The notes: generated from the sequence alone by a model not told the origin. Counted from the first letter of the stretch, positions 1 through 9,936 are shown. The stretch: DNA of 17,854 nt from Abditibacteriaceae bacterium (GCA_031425655.1 JANPJS010000155.1:1-17854), one strand, 5' to 3'. Program-made: numbers and translations.

Positions 1-4
1 AATC

Positions 5-114
5 GAACACGGTTTGCACGTACACACCCAGGTTTTTGCGCGTTTAATTTCAACGCGATTTCGGGTGCCCTGGGGGCGTATCAACCCGTGGCTGTTCCCG
101 TTAAATCCGTGTTC
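5..114. repeat. Degenerate REP-like palindromic element downstream of the oxidoreductase
   Basis: GAACACGG (5-12) pairs with CCGTGTTC (107-114). The right arm has recurring CCGTG/CCGTT units. The rest of the pairing is imperfect, and the element may be cut by the window edge. Confidence 0.35.
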
Positions 115-131
115 CATTGAAAAGATGCGGT

Positions 132-1145
132 TCATCCCACCCTCGCCACTGCCACCGGCTGCTCGCTTTCGATGGATTGATTCATCGCCAGCACCGTCGC
201 CAGAGATTGTGCGGCGTCGGCGAAAGGACTGCGCAGCGCAGAAAAATCGGCGCGGCGAACGGCGCTTAAAAAGGCGCGCATCTCTTCGTAATGGTGCGAG
301 CAGCCGTCGGGCGGCGCGGCGAAGGTTTCATCAATAATCTCATCGTCTACGAAGCCGGAAAGGTGCGAATCGAGTTGCAAAGTCAAGCGGAAGCGTTCGC
401 CGATAAACGTGGCTTGTCCGGTAAATTCGCTGTGCGCCCACGAGTGAATGTGGCCGCCGGACGCACCGGATGCGAAACGCAAATTGGTGGACGACGAATC
501 TTCAATCGTGAAATCGTTGCTTTTAGCCCGGATGAGATTATTGCCGAAAGTCTGCACTTGAACGATGTCGCCTACGATGAAGCGCAACAAATCCATGACG
601 TGAATGGCTTGATCGAGAACGTGCCCGCCCGACTTCTCTTTGATGTAAAACCAGCCGGGCAGATTCCAGCCCGTCGCGGCAGGGCAGCAAAAGGAGCTTT
701 GCGTCAAATTGATGGTGCGTCCTCCAATCAATTCACTCAAACGGTCTACAACGGGCAAGAAACGATACATGAACCCAACCACGACCGGCACACCGGAATC
801 GCGCGTGATTTGCACAATCGCGCGGGCATCGTCGAGCGAAAATGCCGGCGGCTTTTCGATGAAAAGCGGCACTTTGTAGCGCGCCGCCGCTTCAATTACT
901 TGTCGCCGCACCGTGGCCGGAGTGCAAGCAATGGCCGCGTCAATGTGCGGCTCCTGCTCGAACATCGCTTCGATGTCCGCGTAGGCGCGGCAATTTAACG
1001 AGGCTGCGGCTCGCGCGCGATTTTCTTCGCTGACATCGCATATCGCCACCACTTCGTTATCGCCCAACGCCGCTAAATTCCGAGCGTGCGCGCCCCAAAT
1101 TCCGCCAGTGCCGATAGCGGCCAGTTTTACGATTTTCTCGCTCAT
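132..1145 (-). CDS. Gfo/Idh/MocA family NAD(P)-dependent oxidoreductase
   Basis: N-terminal Rossmann motif LAAIGTGGIWG, family motif LFIEKPPA, then VGFMYRF and GGHVLDQAIHVMDL. A GGGAGA RBS precedes the ATG. Confidence 0.93.
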   Translation of the reverse strand: MSEKIVKLAAIGTGGIWGAHARNLAALGDNEVVAICDVSEENRARAAASLNCRAYADIEAMFEQEPHIDAAIACTPATVRRQVIEAAARYKVPLFIEKPPAFSLDDARAIVQITRDSGVPVVVGFMYRFLPVVDRLSELIGGRTINLTQSSFCCPAATGWNLPGWFYIKEKSGGHVLDQAIHVMDLLRFIVGDIVQVQTFGNNLIRAKSNDFTIEDSSSTNLRFASGASGGHIHSWAHSEFTGQATFIGERFRLTLQLDSHLSGFVDDEIIDETFAAPPDGCSHHYEEMRAFLSAVRRADFSALRSPFADAAQSLATVLAMNQSIESEQPVAVARVG

Positions 1146-1228
1146 CGTAATCTCCCAAACTCAATATTTGCTTCGCAGAGAGGTTAGCAAATTCGCGGGC
1201 CGACGAATGCGGAATCCGATGAGGTAAC

Positions 1229-1271
1229 AAGCAAAAGCGCCTCTCGAATTTTTCGGGAGGCGCTTTTGCTT
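1229..1271. terminator. Intrinsic terminator of the ECF gene (bidirectional form)
   Basis: AAGCAAAAGCGCCTCTCGAA-ttt-TTCGGGAGGCGCTTTTGCTT is a 20-bp stem with one mismatch and A/T tracts on both sides, about 12 nt after the ECF stop codon. Confidence 0.85.
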
Positions 1272-1283
1272 TGATTGTTTCGC

Positions 1284-4200
1284 TTATTCATCTGCCGGTT
1301 CGATGAGAACGTCGTCCACGTCCAAAGTGCCGCTCGTGCGCGACAGCGAAGGCATCAGGCGGATGGTGACGGCGCCGGGAGGAATGACAAGTTTGGTCTG
1401 CAAATCCAGCCAGTCGGAGTCTTTTTTCAGTTCCAGCGGCGCGGGTAGCGGCATGACGAGGCCATCCTGCCCGTTGAGAAACACAATCTGCATTCGCGCG
1501 CCGTCCAGAGGATTGCCGCTGAATTTCAGATTGCGACCACGAATTCGAGCGCGCACGCGCACCGCTTTCCATTGCGGCTTCAGTTTCCACTGGCTCGCCA
1601 TCGAAACGCTGCTTTGCAGGCCGTTGTTGGACAGGCGCAGAAAATGGTTGCCGTCTTCTTCGAGCACTTTGCCTTTGCCGTCGGCGGGCCAGTTCAGAGC
1701 GTTACCCTGCTCGTCCAAGTGCTCGAAAGTGCCTTCGGGGAACTCGCGTGTCCACTCGTAAATCGGCGCGAGGTTGACCGTCGGCGTCGCTTGTTCCAGT
1801 TTCAAGTCGTCCACGTCGAAGATGCCCTTGGTGTCATGCATCACTGCCGAAAGTGTGATGTTGTCGGCATTTCGCGGGATGTCAACGCTGAGACTGATGG
1901 TGCGCCAGTTGCCGTCACCGCGTATGCTGAGCGACGGTTGAAAGTCTCCGGCACGCTCGCCGTTTAAGGTCCCAAACGCAACGCCCACACGCGCGGTTTC
2001 CCACTCTTTGGCGTTGGGCTTGACGGCGTAGTCCTTCATGCGCAGGCGTCCGATGATCGTGACGGCCCGCCACTCTTTGGGCACCTTGAAACGCGCCTCG
2101 GCAGCAAGAAAATTCAATTTGCCGTTGGTCAGGCGGAAAAAGTGATTGCCGTCCTCCAAGCCAACCGTGAAATTTTCCGGATTCCCAAGGACTCTCGTCC
2201 ATCCCTCCGGCCAGCCGTTGGCATCAAGGCGCTCGAAGGTTCCTGCCGGCAAATCGGGCGTGATAGGGATGGCTGGCAACGCTTCATTGGTGGCATCAGT
2301 GATTTCGATATCATCTACGTCCAAAGTGCCGGACGCCCCCATAATTTGAGGCTGCACGCGCAGCAGCTTGGCTCCGGCGGGGATGCTGCTGGCCTCGTCA
2401 ACCTGCACCCAGCCATCGCCTGGAACGGCTTCCAACGCTTTCAGATAGTCGCCGATCTGCTTGCCCATTTCATCTTCCACACTGAGGTTAATTCTCGCAG
2501 TCTCCCAACTCTCCTTGCCACGGCGGTAGTTGGCCACTCGCATTTTGGCTTTGACACGAACACGTTTCCAGTCCGGCGGAAGGGAGAACCGGCCATCAAG
2601 CGACAGCACCTGGCCAAGCTGTTTGCTGACAAAACGGACGAAGTGGTTGCCATTTTCTTCAATCATCTTGAAAGTGTCCGGCTCCCACGGCTCAAAGCCT
2701 TGGGGCCAGCCAGTGCGGGGAACGTTCTCGAATTTTCCTTCGGGAAAGCCGGGCAGCAGCGGACGGGCGTCAATGGGCGCGTTGGCTTCGACGCGGATGT
2801 TGTCGAGCAGCAATTCGCCGGTCGAAAAAAACAGACCGGCCTCCAACACCAGTTGAATCGCGCCCGGCGGCACTTCGACGGAGTTGCTGATTTTCGTCCA
2901 GCCGCCCGATTCTTGCAGGTTCAATCCCCGGCCCCATTTCACGGTGTTGTTTTTGGCGTCCACAAGGTTGAAGTCGAGTCGCGCCGTGTTCCACCACACT
3001 CGGCCTGGCACCAGATTTTTGGCCTTCAATTGCGCCGTGACGCGCACGCGTTTCATTTCCGGCATCAGCGGCACTGTGATGCGCATTGTGCCCCAGGCGT
3101 TGGCGTTGGCGTTTGAAATCGCCAGCCAGCTCTTGCCATTTTTGGCGACCACGCGCGCCCGCACTCCCGGATTCACCGTCCAACCAAAAGGCGCTTTTCC
3201 GACCGCCGCTTTTTGAAAATCGCCCTGCGGAAACCAGTTGGTGCGCTCGCTTTTCACGTCGTCGGGCGGCACGTCGGCGAGGTCGGCGACTTCGGGCGTT
3301 GTGACTTCGGGTTGCGGCGGCGTGCCCCACTGATAAACGCCGTCTTTTACGCCGTCCCAGACCGCGATGTCGCGCGCCGTGAGCGGCTCGCCGGTGCCTT
3401 TGTCCGCTCCCACGACCTGCACGGCAACGCCGATTTTCAAATCGCCAATAGGCAGTTGGCGCTCCTGTCCGCGCACGCGCACAATCGTTTTTTCATTGAT
3501 TAAAACAATCTTGGCCTTTGCCGGATTCAGCACGCTGGTTTTGCCTCCCGGCAGCGTGTAGGAACTCACGTCCACCGTCAAGAGCCGGACGCCAACCGCG
3601 CTGATTTTTCCTTCAAGCATGATTTCGCCGGCCCGCAGCCTTAACTCCGCCGGAATAGTTTGAATTACGGTTTTCGGCGCTTCCGGCTTGATTTCCGGCG
3701 CGATTGGCGGCGTTAGCGGCAAAGCCGGCTGCGCGATGCGAATGAGCGAGCGCGGCGGGCGGCTTTGCGGAATTTGGCTCGCAGTCTGCTTTTTCGCGGT
3801 TTGCGCAGCGGTTTTCAGAGGTGCGGAGCGCAAAATAGGGCGCGGTTTCACTTTTTTGGCAAGGAAAACACGAATAGCTGAGGCTGGCGCCGTTTTTTGT
3901 TGCGACGCCAGCGCGAATTGCGCCAGTTTGACTGTTGAAGCGACCATCACGCTAAAGCCGATGGACGCGACGACGCCGGTTTTGATCTGGCTTATGAGCA
4001 TGGCTTTTAGCACTCCCTGAGAAAGCGAAACGACGTGAGCGGACGCGGATGTGCCACTCAGAGTTGCACTTGCGGCACCAACGACCGCGCCGCCCGCCGC
4101 GACGCTGTGGGCCATTTGCAGCACGGTCGCGGCGCACGCGGCAGGCGCGGCCTGCACCGCATCACTGGAAATGAAAGCGGCAAGAGCGGCGATGGAAACC

Positions 4201-4763
4201 GCATAGCCGTGGCGCGCGAAGTAGCGCCGCATTTTTTCCAGAGCGTAAGCAATGCGCCGTTCGGCGGCTTTTTCGGTGATGCCGAGCGCCTCGCCGGTTT
4301 CGCGCACGCTTTTGCCCTCGAAATAGCGCAGCAAAATCACGCTGCGCTGCGCTGCGTTCAGGCTCAATATCGCGTCATGTAGTCGCTCTTCCAGTTGCGC
4401 GCGGCCCTCGCCGGACGGCGGGCAGACCTCAGCCATGGTTTCGGCGGCGATTTGTTGCATGACGTTCTGCTCGCGCCGCTGCCTGCGGAATTCCTGATTC
4501 ATCGCGTTCCTCGAAGCAAAACGGGACGTTTTAAAGAGCCAACCGGACAGCGTGCCGCTTTCGCGCAGCAACGGCGCTTTGCGCGCCAAAATCAGAAACA
4601 CGACTTGCGTGCTGTCTTCGGCGAGCGCCGCGTCGCGCACTTCGCGCAGGCAAGTAGAATACACGAAATTGACGTGCCGCTCGACCAGAGCCGCGAACGA
4701 CTCCTGCGAACCTGCGTTCACGTATTCCCGCAACAATTGCCAATCGCTGGATTCCGGTTTCAT
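1284..4763 (-). CDS. ECF (sigma-70 family) RNA polymerase sigma factor with a long C-terminal extension: hydrophobic segment, Pro/Lys linker, DUF5666/OB-like domain, 4 CBM4/9-like (galactose-binding-fold) repeats
   Basis: Sigma region 2 (FAALVERHVNFVYSTCLR...AEDSTQVVFLILARKA...LSGWL) and region 4 (LSLNAAQRSVILLRYFEGKSVRETGEALGITEKAAERRIAYALEKMR). Hydrophobic stretch GVVASIGFSVMVAS. Four ~150-aa repeats start with (F/L)PxGxF(E/Q) and end with (L/V)D(D/N)(I/V/L)x(V/I/L)(E/T). Confidence 0.9.
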   Translation of the reverse strand: MKPESSDWQLLREYVNAGSQESFAALVERHVNFVYSTCLREVRDAALAEDSTQVVFLILARKAPLLRESGTLSGWLFKTSRFASRNAMNQEFRRQRREQNVMQQIAAETMAEVCPPSGEGRAQLEERLHDAILSLNAAQRSVILLRYFEGKSVRETGEALGITEKAAERRIAYALEKMRRYFARHGYAVSIAALAAFISSDAVQAAPAACAATVLQMAHSVAAGGAVVGAASATLSGTSASAHVVSLSQGVLKAMLISQIKTGVVASIGFSVMVASTVKLAQFALASQQKTAPASAIRVFLAKKVKPRPILRSAPLKTAAQTAKKQTASQIPQSRPPRSLIRIAQPALPLTPPIAPEIKPEAPKTVIQTIPAELRLRAGEIMLEGKISAVGVRLLTVDVSSYTLPGGKTSVLNPAKAKIVLINEKTIVRVRGQERQLPIGDLKIGVAVQVVGADKGTGEPLTARDIAVWDGVKDGVYQWGTPPQPEVTTPEVADLADVPPDDVKSERTNWFPQGDFQKAAVGKAPFGWTVNPGVRARVVAKNGKSWLAISNANANAWGTMRITVPLMPEMKRVRVTAQLKAKNLVPGRVWWNTARLDFNLVDAKNNTVKWGRGLNLQESGGWTKISNSVEVPPGAIQLVLEAGLFFSTGELLLDNIRVEANAPIDARPLLPGFPEGKFENVPRTGWPQGFEPWEPDTFKMIEENGNHFVRFVSKQLGQVLSLDGRFSLPPDWKRVRVKAKMRVANYRRGKESWETARINLSVEDEMGKQIGDYLKALEAVPGDGWVQVDEASSIPAGAKLLRVQPQIMGASGTLDVDDIEITDATNEALPAIPITPDLPAGTFERLDANGWPEGWTRVLGNPENFTVGLEDGNHFFRLTNGKLNFLAAEARFKVPKEWRAVTIIGRLRMKDYAVKPNAKEWETARVGVAFGTLNGERAGDFQPSLSIRGDGNWRTISLSVDIPRNADNITLSAVMHDTKGIFDVDDLKLEQATPTVNLAPIYEWTREFPEGTFEHLDEQGNALNWPADGKGKVLEEDGNHFLRLSNNGLQSSVSMASQWKLKPQWKAVRVRARIRGRNLKFSGNPLDGARMQIVFLNGQDGLVMPLPAPLELKKDSDWLDLQTKLVIPPGAVTIRLMPSLSRTSGTLDVDDVLIEPADE

Positions 4764-4925
4764 CGCAATTTCAATTTCGCCCCTTCACTTGAAATATGTC
4801 TATTCGATACCCGTTTCCCCCAAACTTTCCCGAAATTCTCTGAAAAATTTTCGCTTCGACTTTAGATCGCTGAGACCGGGATCAGTGTTTCTTGCAGGTA
4901 AACTGCCGAGAAGCATAGAAAAACC

Positions 4926-6521
4926 ATGAGATTAACCTCCAGGCAGTTACTCCGCGTATGTCTTGCGGGCCTGCCGTTTCTGCTCTTTCTGCTCGGCGCG
5001 CTGCTTTATAGCCACGATAAGCTCGACGATCCTTATATTACTTATCGCTACGCTCGCAATCTGGCGCGCGGAAACGGCTTGATTTGGAACGTCGGCGAAG
5101 CTCCGGTCGAAGGCTACACCACGTTTTTGTGGGCGATTATTCATGCGCCATTTATTAAAATGGGCGTCTCGCCGCTCTTCGTATCGCGCCTTGTTTCCAC
5201 CTTTGCCGGATTGGCGCTCATCGCGTGCGTGCTTTCGCCAATAAATCAAGTGGTGCGAAGCGTCACATGGCGATTTACGTTGGCGATGCTCATCGCTTTA
5301 TGCCCCGTTTTGCATTTTTACGGGCAAAGCGGCATGGAAACGCTGGCTTTCACCAGCTTTTTAGCGATTGGCGCATTATTATGGGCCGGGAGCCAAGCGC
5401 AATCGCATCGCGCGCCGTGGCTTTTGGGCGCTTCGCTCTGCTTCGGTCTGGCGATTCTCACGCGGCCCGAAGCCGTTTTGGTTTTTGGCATGGTCGCACT
5501 TTTTGAATGTTGTTTGCCGCGCGAATCGAGGGCAAAAGGCGATATTTGGTGCCTTCTGGGGCCGTTTTTCGCCTTGTGGCTGCCTTATTTTCTGTGGCGA
5601 TGGCACTTTTACGGCTATCTTTTTCCCAACACTTATTACGCCAAACACAGCGGTAGCCGCTTCGACAACCTGCCGCTTGGCCTGACTTATATCGGCATCG
5701 CCGCCACACAATACTTCGTCGCGCCCGCCGCGCTGATGGCCGGAATCTTCATGCGTGGCGACGCTTCCGAACCGCGAAGCGGCGCGCCGCGAGTCGCCGT
5801 CTGGCCATTATTAATCATCGCGGGCGCTTATGTTTTCAGCATCGCGTGGGTCGGCGGCGACGACACCGAAGCATTTCTTTCCATCCGCTTACTGGTGCCC
5901 ACGCTGCCGTTAATCTGGTTGGCGCAGGTCTCCATTTGCGAAAATGCCACCGCGCAAGCCTCGCTTCTGCGACGATGCGGCGCGGCTTTACTAACTCTTG
6001 TCTTGTGCGTTCTGGGGTGGTGTGGCGATGCTATATTTTTATCCAATTGGGCCAACGACGAGATTAAAACAGTGCGCGGCCCACGCGCGGTTTTGGGCGC
6101 CTTCGCGGACAAAGCCCGCCGTCTGAATCGAGAAACGCCCGGCGAATTGGCGCTTTGGCTGCGCGAAAACACCACGCCTCAGTCGCTGATCGCCGTGCCG
6201 TGGGCCGGGCGCGTTCCTTATTACACCGACCGCCCCGCGCTTGACACGCTGGGCTTAAACGATTTGCACATCGCGCATCTCGACCGCCATCAGCGCGGCA
6301 TTGACGTAAAAATGGACCCGGAATACGTTTTAGCGCGCCGCCCGCAGTGGATTTTCATTAACGTCGAAGCGTGTTACTGGAATGGCACCTGCTCTTTCAA
6401 AGCCGCCAAAGGTTGGAAAAACGGCGACATACGCTTCATCGAACTGCTACGCCATCGCCGCGATTACGTTTTCGTGCCGGACGCCCCCACGACAAAGTGC
6501 GCTTTTCGGCGCGTTGATTAG
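4926..6521 (+). CDS. GT-C superfamily integral membrane glycosyltransferase (AftB/GT89-like N-terminal motif)
   Basis: DDPYITYRYARNLARGNGLIWNVGEAPVEGYT resembles the AftB-type DD...RN...G.G...N.GE.VE..T motif. Also SGMET, TRPEA, FPNTYYAK and DTLGLND motifs, and many hydrophobic helices. Confidence 0.8.
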   Translation: MRLTSRQLLRVCLAGLPFLLFLLGALLYSHDKLDDPYITYRYARNLARGNGLIWNVGEAPVEGYTTFLWAIIHAPFIKMGVSPLFVSRLVSTFAGLALIACVLSPINQVVRSVTWRFTLAMLIALCPVLHFYGQSGMETLAFTSFLAIGALLWAGSQAQSHRAPWLLGASLCFGLAILTRPEAVLVFGMVALFECCLPRESRAKGDIWCLLGPFFALWLPYFLWRWHFYGYLFPNTYYAKHSGSRFDNLPLGLTYIGIAATQYFVAPAALMAGIFMRGDASEPRSGAPRVAVWPLLIIAGAYVFSIAWVGGDDTEAFLSIRLLVPTLPLIWLAQVSICENATAQASLLRRCGAALLTLVLCVLGWCGDAIFLSNWANDEIKTVRGPRAVLGAFADKARRLNRETPGELALWLRENTTPQSLIAVPWAGRVPYYTDRPALDTLGLNDLHIAHLDRHQRGIDVKMDPEYVLARRPQWIFINVEACYWNGTCSFKAAKGWKNGDIRFIELLRHRRDYVFVPDAPTTKCAFRRVD

Positions 6522-6559
6522 CCGATTTCTGTTGCGGCTTTGGTTAAAATGCCTGTCAG

Positions 6560-6862
6560 ATGATAGAAAGTATTCGCGCCAAAATAGCCGATGGCCAATT
6601 CGAGTTCTCGAAACACGCGGTTGATCGAAGCCTTGTGCGCCGGATTTCGGTTCAGGAATTGCGTGAAGCTGTCGCCAACGCTGAAGTTATTGAAGACTAC
6701 CCAGACGACAAATATGGCCCCAGTTGTTTGATTCTGGGATACACAATAGAAGAACGTCCACTCCACATCCAGTGCAGTTACCCGGAACGCCCATTGGTTA
6801 AAATCATCACGCTCTACGAGCCGAATACCAACGAATGGATTAACAATAAAACGCGCCGCTAA
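6560..6862 (+). CDS. DUF4258 domain protein (putative RelE-like toxin)
   Basis: FSKHAVDRS..R.IS..E...A....EVIEDYPDDKYGPSCLILG.T...RPLHI.CS......KIITLYEP...EW is the typical DUF4258 signature. Confidence 0.88.
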   Translation: MIESIRAKIADGQFEFSKHAVDRSLVRRISVQELREAVANAEVIEDYPDDKYGPSCLILGYTIEERPLHIQCSYPERPLVKIITLYEPNTNEWINNKTRR

Positions 6863-6880
6863 AAGGAGATGCCAATAGCC

Positions 6881-7105
6881 ATGAGCCACACTCAGCACGA
6901 AACAATCGAAGACCGCACCGTCACTTACACGCTCGAATTCAATGGCAAGCTCTACGTCGTGGAAAACGTGCCGGCGCGCGTGTGCGTTGAGACCGGCGAA
7001 CAGTTCTTCGCACCCGAAGCAATCGAGCGGCTGCATCAAATCATCCTCGGCCAAAGCAAACCAAAACGTATCATCGAAACGCCGGTTTACGAATTCGCCG
7101 CGTGA
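6881..7105 (+). CDS. YgiT-type zinc-finger-like protein (putative antitoxin, related to the MqsA N-terminal domain)
   Basis: VTYTLEFNGKLYVVENVPARVCVETGEQFF motif, directly after the DUF4258 gene. The AGGAG RBS (6864-6868) abuts the ATG at 6869, so the ATG at 6881 is preferred. Confidence 0.85.
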   Translation: MSHTQHETIEDRTVTYTLEFNGKLYVVENVPARVCVETGEQFFAPEAIERLHQIILGQSKPKRIIETPVYEFAA

Positions 7106-7111
7106 TTATAC

Positions 7112-7150
7112 AAAAAACGCCCCGCTCTCTTTCGAGAAAGGAGCGTTTTT
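7112..7150 (+). terminator. Degenerate copy of the groEL terminator, positioned to terminate the TA pair
   Basis: AAAAAACGCCCCGCTCTC-tttc-GAGAAAGGAGCGTTTTT. Positions 7118-7137 are identical to 7819-7838. The right arm has 3 mismatches. Confidence 0.6.
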
Positions 7151-7194
7151 CCAATTAGAGAGCGGGAAGGGTGAAGTGGACGCAGGAAACTGTC

Positions 7195-7806
7195 ATGGAA
7201 AAAATCATAACGAGAGACGACGTTTTAAATTTCATGAGCGACCATGAGAATGGGCCGCTTCCGTCACCTGCGTTCCGTAAAGATGAATCAGCTTGGATTG
7301 AATGGCAGGTTTTCGCAGCGCCTGAGCATTTTGTCAAACAGAATCCTCAAGCAGTTTTGGATATTGCTTTCAATCCACCCGATTTTTCACCTAAGCGATA
7401 TTCTTTAAATGACAACAATGCTATTGAGGTTGAGGGCGGGGCATTACTTGGCTTCTGCGCCAAAATACTGCCGGATTTGTTCATCCACAAAATGACAGAA
7501 TTGTTGCCGTTCGCACAAAAGGAAGTTACGCGCTGCACTTTATTTTGGGGGTTAATGGAGAGTCACTTACCGCAGTCGTTTGAACTATTGAAATCCCTTA
7601 TGCCAGCCACAACAGAATATAATAATAAAGTATTAGTCAGCTTTATTGAAACAGTGGAATACCTTGGTCGCTATCTAAAAAGAGAAGAAGAAACTTGGGT
7701 TCTGCTGCGCCAAATAGAGGAATCCACACCGCCTCATCGCACTGAAGTCCACAAAGCATTAAAAGAATTAGAGGCTTACTTTGAAGCAATAGAAAAGGAA
7801 AATTAA
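7195..7806 (+). CDS. AT-rich orphan hypothetical protein (likely all-helical, acidic)
   Basis: An open frame of over 200 codons filling the gap between two terminator copies. Start is ATG at 7195 or GTG at 7171. The line 7621-7680 has 18/60 G+C versus 44/60 at 8281-8340 in groEL. Confidence 0.7.
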   Translation: MEKIITRDDVLNFMSDHENGPLPSPAFRKDESAWIEWQVFAAPEHFVKQNPQAVLDIAFNPPDFSPKRYSLNDNNAIEVEGGALLGFCAKILPDLFIHKMTELLPFAQKEVTRCTLFWGLMESHLPQSFELLKSLMPATTEYNNKVLVSFIETVEYLGRYLKREEETWVLLRQIEESTPPHRTEVHKALKELEAYFEAIEKEN

Positions 7807-7811
7807 CACAA

Positions 7812-7853
7812 AGCAAACCGCCCCGCTCTCTTTCGAGAGCGGGGCGTTTTGCT
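7812..7853. terminator. Bidirectional intrinsic terminator between groEL and the orphan gene
   Basis: Perfect 12-bp stem CGCCCCGCTCTC-tttc-GAGAGCGGGGCG (7819-7846) flanked by AGCAAA and TTTTGCT, between convergent genes. Confidence 0.88.
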
Positions 7854-7887
7854 GTTCGCTGAAAGCTAAACGCTGACAGCTTGCGGA

Positions 7888-9604
<1,717 letters not shown>

Positions 9605-9607
<3 letters not shown>

Positions 9608-9898
9608 ATCACTCTTGACGGCGAGCAGGCTGCTCTCGTCTAAAATCAGATATTCCGTGCCATCCGATTTGATTTCCGTGCCGCCATACTTCGAGTAGAT
9701 GACGGTGTCGCCAACTTTCACGTTGATTTCGGACTTGGTGCCACTGTCCAGGACGCGGCCCGGCCCGACTGCGATAACTTCGCCCTCTTGCGGACGCTCT
9801 TTTGCGGTGTCCGGCAGCACGATGCCACCAGCAGTTGTTTCGGTGCTTGAATTCGGCTTCACCAGAACTTTGTCGCCCAACGGTTTGATATTCGCCAT
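9605..9898 (-). CDS. groES: Co-chaperonin GroES (Cpn10)
   Basis: [53 protein letters not shown]. The ATG at 9898 is preceded by an AGGGAGG RBS, so the ORF-track start at 9919 is too long. Confidence 0.98.
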
Positions 9899-9936
9899 TT
9901 GCGAAATCCTCCCTTTCACGATGCTTTAAATTTGTG

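Noticed and set aside
63..70. GGGTGCCC octamer, also on the minus strand near 13052-13059
   Set aside because: Two occurrences of an 8-mer in about 18 kb of GC-rich DNA are not significant without genome-wide counts.
291..998. 235-aa plus-strand ORF
   Set aside because: Antisense shadow of the Gfo/Idh/MocA gene, with no recognisable motifs.
2142..3116. 324-aa plus-strand ORF and other ORFs within the ECF gene
   Set aside because: Antisense or out-of-frame shadows expected from GC-rich codon bias.
6518..7054. 178-aa minus-strand ORF across the TA pair
   Set aside because: It overlaps two well-supported plus-strand genes in antisense.
9899..9919. N-terminal extension of GroES (MKGRISQ)
   Set aside because: It spans the AGGGAGG RBS, so the real start is ATG 9898.
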